Origin: Clostridia bacterium
GTDB taxonomy: Bacteria > Bacillota > Clostridia > TANB77 > CAG-508
Direction of reading: 5' to 3'
Length of the DNA stretch: 64,000 bases
Assembly: GCA_017510245.1 (NCBI GenBank)
Contig: JAFWNQ010000013.1
Coordinates: forward strand, 82,720 to 146,719
Part shown: positions 10,600-19,495 of the stretch, one piece after another
Position numbering within the stretch: the stretch's first letter is position 1
How the letters are laid out: each line of letters starts with the position of its first letter
The notes under the pieces: generated by a model
The model's database searches: none
Seen by the model: only the letters and a program-made list of their open reading frames with translations
Told to the model about the DNA's origin: nothing
Translations under genes and position numbers: made by a program

Positions 10600-11154
10600 A
10601 TGAACAAAAAGCATATTATTTCATTAGCTGGAGATTTGGCTAGTGGAAAAGGAACTGTATCAAAGATAATAGCAGAAAGACTCAATTTTAAAATTTATAA
10701 AAATGGAGATTATTTTAGACAACTTGCAAAAGAGATGAATATGGATGTTACTTCATTTAATGAATATGTAAAGGATCATCCTGAAATAGATAGACAAATT
10801 GAGAATAGCGCAACCGAGTATGCAAGGAACAATGATAACTTTATTATAGATGCTAGATTAGGATGGTATGCTGTTCCAGAATCTTTTAAAGTATATATGA
10901 GAGTAGATACTAAAGTTGCTGCTCAACGAGCTTTTAATGATCCAAATAGAAAGTCAACAGAATCGTTTAAGACAGTTGAAGAGCAAGAACAAGACATGAT
11001 AAAAAGATATAGCTTAGAGAATGAAAGATATTTTGTGCTTTATGGTGTTCATAAAGATGATATGTCAAACTATGATTTTGTGATTGATACAACATCACTT
11101 ACACCAGACGAAGTTGCAGATAGAATAATTGATGAATACCAAAAATGGTTATAA
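10600..11154 (+). CDS. cytidylate-kinase-like P-loop kinase family protein
   Basis: P-loop GDLASGKGT; 184 aa with nucleoside-monophosphate-kinase-like layout. Exact substrate not determinable. Confidence 0.6.
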   Translation: MNKKHIISLAGDLASGKGTVSKIIAERLNFKIYKNGDYFRQLAKEMNMDVTSFNEYVKDHPEIDRQIENSATEYARNNDNFIIDARLGWYAVPESFKVYMRVDTKVAAQRAFNDPNRKSTESFKTVEEQEQDMIKRYSLENERYFVLYGVHKDDMSNYDFVIDTTSLTPDEVADRIIDEYQKWL

Positions 11155-11321
11155 TAATATTGAAGTAATTTTGGGAATTTTCCCAAAATTTTTTTGTTTT
11201 AAAATTGTTATGAGTACTTTTTAAAAGTGACTAACTTTAAAAAAAATAGAAAATACCAAATATTGACAAAAGAAAGATTAAGACATATAATTAACAAAAT
11301 TTTAGTTAAAAGGAGTTTGTC

Positions 11322-11964
11322 ATAGAAATTAATATAGTATATGAAGATGACTTAGCTTATCCAACAAGCTTACGTAACATCAATAATAGACCAAAAAAAT
11401 TATTTGTACTAGGAAATATTGAAAATCTAAGAAGAAATTGTGTTGCTATTGTAGGAAGTAGAGACTGTACTAAATATGGTAAAGATATTTCAAAATCAAT
11501 AGCTTTTAATTTAGCGAAAGCTAACAATGTTATTGTTAGTGGGTTAGCAAAAGGAGTTGACTCTTTTGCACATATAGGGGCTTTAGAGGCAAAGGAAAAA
11601 ACGATAGCAGTCTTAGGACATGGATTAGATAGAATATATCCAAAACAAAACTATGGATTAGCTAAAAGGATTATTTATGAAGGAGGAACTATTGTTACGG
11701 AGTATGAAAGCAATTCAAAAATTAATAAAGAAAACTTTATTAAAAGAAATAGAATTATAAGTGGCTTATCTAGAAGTGTAATTATAGTAGAAGCGAAACA
11801 AAAAAGTGGAGCATTAATTACTGCAAATTTTGCTTTAAATCAGGGAAGAGATATATTTGCAGTGCCTCGGAAATATTAACAATGATAATTCTATAGGAAC
11901 AAATGAATTAATAAAAAATGGAGCTCAAATATTGTATTCTTTTTCGAATTGTAATATAATATAG
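11322..11964 (+). pseudogene. dprA: DNA-processing protein DprA/Smf, frameshifted and without a canonical start codon
   Basis: Rossmann-core motifs VAIVGSRDCTKYG, VSGLAKGVDSFAH and RNRIISGLS. The frame stops at 11877-11879. A +1 frame continues GNINNDNSIGTNELIKNGAQIL to 11964. ATA sits where the ATG is expected, 6 nt after AGGAG. Confidence 0.75.
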
Positions 11965-11997
11965 ATATTAATGTAAATAGGAGGTTTATATTATATT

Positions 11998-14646
11998 ATG
12001 AAGCGTAAAAAGACTAAACATGAAATAGATGAAGAAGAAGATAGAGACGTAAAAAAATACGAAAAAAAGATTGAAAAAAACATAAAAAAGAAAAACAAAA
12101 AGAATAAAAAAAGCAAGAAGAAAAAGCATAAAAAACTAAAAATATTTTTGATAATTATATTTCTTTTGATATTAATTGCTGGAATTTCTGGTGCAGGAGT
12201 GATATATGCTATTTTTAAAACAGACAAGTGGACTGTAACTAAGGAAGACTTTTTAAGTGAGGCTGGAGCTACTGTGTATGATTCTGCAGGTAATGAAATT
12301 GCAGCTCTAACAGGAGATGAAATCAACAAAAAAGTTGATTTAGAGGAAATGGGGAAAATCCCAGAAGCTTTTATTTCAATTGAGGATGAAAGATTTTATA
12401 GCCATGACGGAATAGATTATAAAAGAACGGCTCATGCTATTTTGAATTATGTTATGCACAAAGGTAATTCATCATTTGGTGGAAGTACAATAACACAACA
12501 ACTAGTAAAAATAACAATGAAAGATACTGACCAGACTTGGGAAAGAAAGATAAGAGAATGGTCTAGAGCTAGACAAGTTGAAGAAATGCTAACAAAAGAA
12601 CAAATTCTTCAAAGATATTTAAACAGAATTTATCTTGGAAGTGCATCAGGCTTGGAAGTTAGAGGGGTTGAAGCTGCTTCTAATTATTACTTCAATAAAT
12701 CAGCTAAGGATTTGTCTATTGCTGAAAGTGCATTTATTGCTGGAATTAACCATTCACCAAACAGTTATAATGCAATCACTCTTGGAGATGAGATTGCAGA
12801 TAAAGTTAAAAGTAGAACAAAAATAGTTGTTGATAAAATGCATGAATTGGGAAAAATCAATGATGAAGAGTATAACAGCTCAATAGAAGAGATTAATAAC
12901 GGAATGAAGTTTGAGCAAGGAAATCTGTCAAACGGAAAAAACGATTTGAAATTCCATACTGCAGCTGCAATCAATCAAATTGCTAGTGAACTTTCAGACA
13001 AAAATGATATATCTTATGATGAAGCAAGAGAACAAGCTATAAATAGTGGATACAAGATATATACTACAATGAATAGTGATATACAGGCAAAGATGGAAGC
13101 TGTTTTTGCAGATGAAAAATATATTTACACAGGTTCACGTGCAAAGAATAGAGATGAAGACCATAAAGGACAGTCAGCTATGGTAGTAATTGAGCCTGAA
13201 ACAGGATATGTTGTAGGAGAAGTTGGAGGACTAGGAAAAGACTTAAATACACTAGGAATTAATAGAGGGTTATCAAAGAGACAAGGTGGATCTGCTTTTA
13301 AACCTTTAGTAACTATTGCTCCTGCATTAGAAAATAAAGTAATAACTGCTTCAACATTATTCTACGATACAAAAACATCTTTTGGTAGATATACAGTATC
13401 TAATGATAGTAATGCATACTTTGGAATTGCTAATATGAGAACTATATTAACTCATTCTTGTAATGTACCAGAAGTAAAAATGCTGTCTATTATGGGAACA
13501 GATAAATCAGCTGAATTTTTAGGAGAAATAGGCATAGAAGTTGATCCTGATGTGGTAGGACTTAGTATGGCTCTTGGAACAGTTGATGTTTCTCCATTAC
13601 AAATGGCAGCAGGTTATGCAATGCTTGCAAACAAAGGAACTTATATTTCACCTACATTCTATACAAAGGTTACAGATAAGGATGATAATGTTGTTATTGA
13701 ACCAGAACAAGAAAAGAAACAAGTAATGTCAGAAGCAAATGCATATATTGAAACATCTTTACTAGAAGGACCTATAAAGAGTGGTACAGCATCACAATTC
13801 AATGGATTTTTAGGAAGTATGGATGTATCAGGAAAAACAGGAACAACTGAAACAGCAGGAGATAGATGGTTCTGTGGGTATACTCCATATTATGCAGGAG
13901 CATGCTGGTATGGAAATGACAACAATAATGGAGAATTTCATAATGATGTATGTGGAGGAAGAAATCCAGCTGCAACTGTTTGGTTTAATTCTATGAAAAA
14001 GATTCAGGAAGGACTTGAAACAAAAAAGTTTGAAAAACCAGAAGATGTAATTTCAGTAAGAACTTGTAAAGCAACTGGCAAGAAAGCAACTGGTGGATGT
14101 TCTGATACTTATACTGAAATTTTTGCTAAAGGATGTGTTCCACAAGAATGTGATGGTCATTCAGTTGTTGAAATATGTAAAGAATCTAAAAAGAAAGCTA
14201 CAGAATTTTGCCCAGAAAAAGAGAAAAAGACTTATGGATATGTTATAGACACAGAAAAAAATGCAAACTGGAAGCCAAGAATGGAGCATGCTAGTGCACC
14301 TTCTGAAACTTGTGATATACATACTGAAGCACCAAAAGAAAGTGTTCCTCCTGTTGTAGGAGAAAGTCAATCAAGTGCTACTAAAAAATTAAAAGCTGCA
14401 GGATTTGATGTAAAAATAGAAAAGGATAATGACAAGAAAAAGAAGAAGGGTGTAGTCTTAAGGCAAAGTGCAACCGAAGCTAGTAAAGGAGCAACTATAG
14501 TATTAACAGTAAATGAATATGATGGTGGGAAAGACTCTGAAACTGGAAAGAATAATACTGTAACAAATGAAACTAGTGGAAATTCTGGTGGAAATAAAAA
14601 CAATACAACATCAACAGACACTACAGAAGAATCAGAAACTGAATAA
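11998..14646 (+). CDS. bifunctional class A penicillin-binding protein (PBP1A-type) with C-terminal PASTA-like module
   Basis: GT51 motifs EDERFYSHDGID, GGSTITQQLVK and RKIREW. Transpeptidase motifs SAFK, SCN and KTGTT. K-rich cytoplasmic tail plus TM. Confidence 0.9.
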   Translation: MKRKKTKHEIDEEEDRDVKKYEKKIEKNIKKKNKKNKKSKKKKHKKLKIFLIIIFLLILIAGISGAGVIYAIFKTDKWTVTKEDFLSEAGATVYDSAGNEIAALTGDEINKKVDLEEMGKIPEAFISIEDERFYSHDGIDYKRTAHAILNYVMHKGNSSFGGSTITQQLVKITMKDTDQTWERKIREWSRARQVEEMLTKEQILQRYLNRIYLGSASGLEVRGVEAASNYYFNKSAKDLSIAESAFIAGINHSPNSYNAITLGDEIADKVKSRTKIVVDKMHELGKINDEEYNSSIEEINNGMKFEQGNLSNGKNDLKFHTAAAINQIASELSDKNDISYDEAREQAINSGYKIYTTMNSDIQAKMEAVFADEKYIYTGSRAKNRDEDHKGQSAMVVIEPETGYVVGEVGGLGKDLNTLGINRGLSKRQGGSAFKPLVTIAPALENKVITASTLFYDTKTSFGRYTVSNDSNAYFGIANMRTILTHSCNVPEVKMLSIMGTDKSAEFLGEIGIEVDPDVVGLSMALGTVDVSPLQMAAGYAMLANKGTYISPTFYTKVTDKDDNVVIEPEQEKKQVMSEANAYIETSLLEGPIKSGTASQFNGFLGSMDVSGKTGTTETAGDRWFCGYTPYYAGACWYGNDNNNGEFHNDVCGGRNPAATVWFNSMKKIQEGLETKKFEKPEDVISVRTCKATGKKATGGCSDTYTEIFAKGCVPQECDGHSVVEICKESKKKATEFCPEKEKKTYGYVIDTEKNANWKPRMEHASAPSETCDIHTEAPKESVPPVVGESQSSATKKLKAAGFDVKIEKDNDKKKKKGVVLRQSATEASKGATIVLTVNEYDGGKDSETGKNNTVTNETSGNSGGNKNNTTSTDTTEESETE

Positions 14647-14665
14647 TTTGCTATGGAGGTATTAA

Positions 14666-16096
14666 ATGGAGGAAAGAAGTCAAAATAGAATTAGTGAAAT
14701 AAAACTATTTAATACATTAACACATAAAAAAGAGAATTTTACTCCGATAAATAAAAATGAAATAAAAATGTATAGCTGTGGACCAACTGTATACAGCTAT
14801 GCACATATCGGAAATTTTAGAACCTATATTTTCATGGATTGCTTAAGAAGAATGTTCAAATATAATGGATTTAAGATGAACCATGTTATGAATATTACAG
14901 ATGTTGGACACTTGACTTCAGATGCTGATTCTGGAGAAGACAAAATGGAAAAGGCAGCAAGAAAAGAAGGGAAGAATCCATATGAGATAGCTAAGTTTTA
15001 TACAGATGCTTTTTTAAAAGATATGAAATTACTTAATATTGATACTCCAGAGGTGATTACAAAAGCAACAGATAATATACCTCAAATGTTAAGTATGGTA
15101 GAAGAAATTGTAAGCAATGGTTATGGATATGAAACAAGCAAAGGGATATATTTTGATGTATCAAAATTAGATAAATATCCAGTACTTTCAAATAATGATT
15201 TATCAGGGCAAGAAGCTGGAGCTAGGATAGATATTGATGAAGAAAAAAGAAATCCTTATGACTTTGCTTTATGGATTAAAGCTCCTGAAAATCATCTTAT
15301 GAAGTGGGATAGCCCTTGGGGAAAATCATATCCTGGTTGGCATATAGAGTGTTCAGCTATGAGCAGGAGGTTTTTAGGTGAAAACTTTGACATACATACC
15401 GGAGGTGTAGATCATATTCCAATTCATCATGAAAATGAGATTGCACAATGCAAAGGAGCATTTGGACACAATCCTGCAAATTTCTGGATGCACTGCGAAT
15501 TTCTACTTGTAGATGGTGGAAAAATGTCTAAATCATTAGGAAATATTTATACTATTGAACAGTTACAAGAAAAAGGAATAGAACCATTAGCATATAAACT
15601 ATTTTGCTTTAGTTCTCATTACAGAAATAAGTTGAATTTCACTTTTGAAGGAGCCAAGTCAAGCCAAGTAGCACTTAACAGACTAAGAAAAGGATTTTTA
15701 TTACATAAAAATAGCAATGAGGATATTGATGAAACAATAATTAATTCATTAGAAATTAGATTTAATGATGCAATTAATGATGATCTAAACATGACTGAAG
15801 CAATGAGTATACTTTGGGAAGCTATCAAATTAAAAGCTAAATCAAAGAAAATTGCCAATCTTATTATGAAGTTTGATGAGGTTTTAGGATTGGATATTAA
15901 AAATTCAGAAAAATACATAAAAAAAATAGAAGATAATATTCCTGATGAAATTATGCAATTAGCAGAATTAAGAAAAATAGCCAAAGCTAATAAAGAATGG
16001 ACAAAAGCAGATGAATATAGAGATAAGATAAATGAAATGGGTTACACTATAAAAGATATGCCTAATGGCGAAGCCACAATTGAGAAAATTATGTAA
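14666..16096 (+). CDS. cysS: cysteine--tRNA ligase
   Basis: HIGN (AHIGNFRTY) and KMSKS motifs; the CGPTVY start is typical of CysRS. Confidence 0.95.
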   Translation: MEERSQNRISEIKLFNTLTHKKENFTPINKNEIKMYSCGPTVYSYAHIGNFRTYIFMDCLRRMFKYNGFKMNHVMNITDVGHLTSDADSGEDKMEKAARKEGKNPYEIAKFYTDAFLKDMKLLNIDTPEVITKATDNIPQMLSMVEEIVSNGYGYETSKGIYFDVSKLDKYPVLSNNDLSGQEAGARIDIDEEKRNPYDFALWIKAPENHLMKWDSPWGKSYPGWHIECSAMSRRFLGENFDIHTGGVDHIPIHHENEIAQCKGAFGHNPANFWMHCEFLLVDGGKMSKSLGNIYTIEQLQEKGIEPLAYKLFCFSSHYRNKLNFTFEGAKSSQVALNRLRKGFLLHKNSNEDIDETIINSLEIRFNDAINDDLNMTEAMSILWEAIKLKAKSKKIANLIMKFDEVLGLDIKNSEKYIKKIEDNIPDEIMQLAELRKIAKANKEWTKADEYRDKINEMGYTIKDMPNGEATIEKIM

Positions 16097-16105
16097 GGAG
16101 GCATC

Positions 16106-17194
16106 ATGGAAAAGAAACAAAAAGATAAAGAAGAAATTAATAATGAAAAAAACACTACAAAGAACAATAAAAAGAATGATTCAAAAGATAATAAAAAGAC
16201 TAATTCTCAAAATAATATAAAAACAGCTTCAGAGAATAAAATAAAAAATAATAATAAAGAAGAATCTAATAACAATAAAAAGCTTAAAGAGAGCAATAAA
16301 AAAGAAAAAGAGCTAAAACTAAACTTTATTCAAAAGCTAAATATAAGTGTGGTCAGCTTTGAACACTACTTTCTTATTGCAGCAGATGGATGGAAAAGAG
16401 CAATAAAATATTTAGCTCAACTATTATTGATTTTTTCTTTTATACTAGCGTGTTGTGTAACGTATAAATCAAATCAAACATTGAATGAAATATGTGATTA
16501 TGCAAAGAATAAGATGCCTAACTTTGGAGTAAAAGAAGGATCATTTTGGATAGATTCAGAAGAACCAGTAGTATTGATTAATGATAAATCAACAAAAGTT
16601 GTTTTGGGAAATAGTGAATCTGCAAGTGACTATATAGATGAAACAAAAGACTCTAGAAAAGATCTTATAATTGTTAATAAAAATAGTATAAATGTAAGAA
16701 ATGACTATTCTGGAGAAGTATCTTACAGTTTTGATAATTTATCTGTTTTGATGGGGTCTTCAGAAATAACAAAAAATGATATTATACAAATAATATCTAA
16801 CAAAAAAATAGTACTAATTATATTTATATATAGCTTCTTAGCAGTATTTATTACTTACTTTATTAGCATGTTGATTGATATTTTAGCATTATCTATTGTA
16901 GGTCATTTACTATCTAGAATAATAGTCATTCCATTAAAATATTCTGCGATATTTGGAATGGCAACATCAGCCATGAGTTTACCAATAATTTTGACACTAT
17001 GTTACATAATTGCTAATTTGATTACCGGGTTTAAAATGGCATACTTCCAAATTATGATAACAGTAATATCTTATATTTATATGATATCAACTTTGATGAT
17101 AATGAAGTCAAATCTAATAAGTGGTGATAGCGAGAAAAAAGAAAAAAAGAAGAAAAATAGAGAAGAAAATAGAGAGGAACCTGACACTGAATAA
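16106..17194 (+). CDS. membrane protein with K/N-rich low-complexity N-terminus (DUF1189-like, low certainty)
   Basis: 362 aa; about 75 aa of low complexity, then a segment with several TM helices. Confidence 0.6.
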   Translation: MEKKQKDKEEINNEKNTTKNNKKNDSKDNKKTNSQNNIKTASENKIKNNNKEESNNNKKLKESNKKEKELKLNFIQKLNISVVSFEHYFLIAADGWKRAIKYLAQLLLIFSFILACCVTYKSNQTLNEICDYAKNKMPNFGVKEGSFWIDSEEPVVLINDKSTKVVLGNSESASDYIDETKDSRKDLIIVNKNSINVRNDYSGEVSYSFDNLSVLMGSSEITKNDIIQIISNKKIVLIIFIYSFLAVFITYFISMLIDILALSIVGHLLSRIIVIPLKYSAIFGMATSAMSLPIILTLCYIIANLITGFKMAYFQIMITVISYIYMISTLMIMKSNLISGDSEKKEKKKKNREENREEPDTE

Positions 17195-17213
17195 TAAATA
17201 GAAAGGAAAAAAA

Positions 17214-19049
17214 ATGCAGAATAACGAAAAAAATGGGAAAAGTGCAAATAATAAAAAGAAAAGAATAGTATTAATTGTTTTATTGTGCATAATAACAGTT
17301 GCACTTGGATCGGTATGTGGATATATACTATTAAAAAACAGAAAAAACAATAATGAAGAAAAAGATGATAAAAAAGTTGCATACACACAATTAATAAAAG
17401 ATATAGAAGAAGCTAAAATTGAGAAAATTGAAATGACAGTTAATAGTACATCAATAAAGGTAAAATATAAGGGGACTGAAGAAGGGGAAGAAAAAAGCGC
17501 TATAATTCCAAGTACTCAAGCTTTTGTTGAACTGATTCAAGAAAAAGTTGAAAAAGGAAACGAAATTGAATTAATTCAAAATCCAAGAAATGCTTTTATT
17601 TCAACTATTGGAGGATTAATATCATTTTTACCTACAATTATAATGCTAGTATTAGCTTATATGATTATAGAAATGCAAGGACTAGGGGATAAAGGAAAGG
17701 TATATAATCCTGATGTTTCTAAGAATAAAGTGACTTTTAAAGATGTTGCAGGACTTAAAGAAGAAAAAGCTGAAATGATAGAAATAGTTGAATTTCTAAA
17801 GAAACCAAAAAAATATATTGAAATGGGAGCAAGAGTACCAAAAGGAGTATTGCTTTGTGGAAAACCTGGAACTGGAAAAACACTAATAGGTAGAGCAATT
17901 GCAGGTGAAGCAAATGTACCATTTATTTCAATGAGTGGATCTGAGTTTATAGAAATGTTTGCGGGGTTAGGCGCTTCTAGAGTAAGAAAACTATTTGAAA
18001 AGGCAGAAAAAATTTCTCCTTGTATAATATTTATTGATGAGATTGATGCAATAGGTTCAAGAAGAACAAGTAATAGTGGAGCTGATACAGAGAACAATCA
18101 AACTCTAAATCAATTATTAGTGGAAATGGATGGCTTTGATACAGATACTTCTATTATTGTAATGGCAGCTACTAATAGACCAGAAATGCTTGATGAAGCA
18201 TTATTAAGACCAGGAAGATTTGATAGGACTATTAACATTGGATTACCAGATATTAAAGACAGGGAAGAAATATTAAAAATACATTCTAAGAACAAAAAAT
18301 TAGCAGAAGAAGTAAATCTAAAATCTATAGCTGAAGATACAGCAGGATTTTCTGGTGCTGAACTTGAAAATATATTGAATGAATCCGCAATTTATGCTAC
18401 AAATAGAAACCATAAATCTATTACTCAAACAGATATTGAAGATGCGGTTAAAAAAGTTACTGTTGGTCTTGAAAAACAGGAAAAAGTTGTATCTGAAAAA
18501 GATAAAAAATTGACAGCATATCATGAGGCTGGACATGCATTAGTAAGCAAATTCCTACCATCACAGGATAATGTAAAAGAAGTTTCTATAATACCAAGGG
18601 GAGTTGCTGGTGGATACACTATGTATAAATCTAGTGAAGATAAGTGGTATGTATCAAAAACTGAGATGGAAGAAAAGATGATTGCTTTAATGGGAGGTAG
18701 GGCTGCTGAAAAAGTTGCCTTAGATGAAATTTCTACTGGAGCAAGTAATGATATAGAAGTTGCAATGAAAATTGCAAGAGATATGATAACTGTTTATGGA
18801 ATGAGTGAGAGAATTGGTCCAATGTCTATTAATATAGAAAGAGACCCTTATCAACTTCAACTATTAGGTAATAATTTAGAAGATGAAATAGGTAAAGAAG
18901 TTAGAGAAATTTTAGAGAATGCTTATGAAAAAGCACAACAAATATTAAAAGCTAATAGACCAAAGCTAGATGCAATAGCAAAAGTATTACTTGAAAAAGA
19001 GAAAATAAATGAGGATGAATTTAATGCTATATGTGGAGACTTAAAATAA
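17214..19049 (+). CDS. ftsH: ATP-dependent zinc metalloprotease FtsH
   Basis: Walker A GKPGTGKT, Walker B IIFIDEIDA, zinc site HEAGHA. Confidence 0.95.
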   Translation: MQNNEKNGKSANNKKKRIVLIVLLCIITVALGSVCGYILLKNRKNNNEEKDDKKVAYTQLIKDIEEAKIEKIEMTVNSTSIKVKYKGTEEGEEKSAIIPSTQAFVELIQEKVEKGNEIELIQNPRNAFISTIGGLISFLPTIIMLVLAYMIIEMQGLGDKGKVYNPDVSKNKVTFKDVAGLKEEKAEMIEIVEFLKKPKKYIEMGARVPKGVLLCGKPGTGKTLIGRAIAGEANVPFISMSGSEFIEMFAGLGASRVRKLFEKAEKISPCIIFIDEIDAIGSRRTSNSGADTENNQTLNQLLVEMDGFDTDTSIIVMAATNRPEMLDEALLRPGRFDRTINIGLPDIKDREEILKIHSKNKKLAEEVNLKSIAEDTAGFSGAELENILNESAIYATNRNHKSITQTDIEDAVKKVTVGLEKQEKVVSEKDKKLTAYHEAGHALVSKFLPSQDNVKEVSIIPRGVAGGYTMYKSSEDKWYVSKTEMEEKMIALMGGRAAEKVALDEISTGASNDIEVAMKIARDMITVYGMSERIGPMSINIERDPYQLQLLGNNLEDEIGKEVREILENAYEKAQQILKANRPKLDAIAKVLLEKEKINEDEFNAICGDLK

Positions 19050-19092
19050 GTATATAATATAAAAAAGAGATGTTTATAAAACATCTCTTTAT

Positions 19093-19121
19093 TTGACACT
19101 GTTATGTAAACATGCTATAAT
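19093..19121 (+). promoter_or_regulatory. consensus sigma-70 promoter of GC-rich module A
   Basis: TTGACA (19093-19098), 17 nt, TATAAT (19116-19121). Confidence 0.55.
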
Positions 19122-19156
19122 AAAACTATGTGTAAATCACGATTTGAGGAGAAACG

Positions 19157-19354
19157 ATGGGACATTTACTTCAAAGAGAGTACAGAGTGCAGGAATGCAT
19201 TGAGGAGGAAGTTGAAATCGAACAGACTTTTACTGTTTCTCAGATTTGTCGTATTTTCGAAATGGCGAGAGAAGGAAAGGTGCCGGACTGGCATTACTCT
19301 GACAACGAGTGCTGCCTTTGGGAGATTTTTAGGCGGTATTTGAGGGAGGAGTAG
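19157..19354 (+). CDS. 65-aa acidic hypothetical protein (GC-rich module A)
   Basis: GAGGAG lies 5 nt upstream of the ATG. Many codons start with G (GAG/GAA/GTT...). 44% G+C by hand count. Two other frames are also open, so coding status is not certain. Confidence 0.5.
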   Translation: MGHLLQREYRVQECIEEEVEIEQTFTVSQICRIFEMAREGKVPDWHYSDNECCLWEIFRRYLREE

Positions 19355-19362
19355 CTCCTCAG

Positions 19363-19405
19363 GCGTGGGGTGATGAACTAACCATCCCACGCTATCTTTG
19401 TTTTT
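19363..19405 (+). terminator. intrinsic terminator of module A
   Basis: GCGTGGGGTG pairs with CCATCCCACGC, giving about a 10-bp GC-rich stem followed by a T-rich run. Confidence 0.65.
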
Positions 19406-19495
19406 ATATGATTAAAAATTTGATTTTTTAGTTAAAAAGTGCTATAATAAAGTGATGGACAAAACTTTCTTTTATTAAAAGAAAGGAGGATAAAA

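Noticed and set aside
14647-14665. Riboswitch, T-box or leader elements upstream of cysS, proS (52099-52295), lysA (53568-53675), cysE and mgtA
   Set aside because: The gaps are too short or uniformly AT-rich. There is no T-box sequence, L-box, M-box or SAM-box core. The hairpin before lysA is the proS terminator. mgtA overlaps the upstream gene.
19128-19395. Module A as a known structured RNA (SRP RNA, RNase P, 6S, T-box leader, c-di-GMP riboswitch)
   Set aside because: I looked for the hallmark strings: SRP GGAAGCAGC-type domain IV, RNase P GAGGAAAGTCC, the T-box GGTGGTACCGCG, and the tmRNA tRNA-like ends. None is present beyond loose resemblance (GAAGGAAAGGTGCC). The 19157 frame has an RBS and codon periodicity. 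The question is kept open in the findings, but no RNA family is called.
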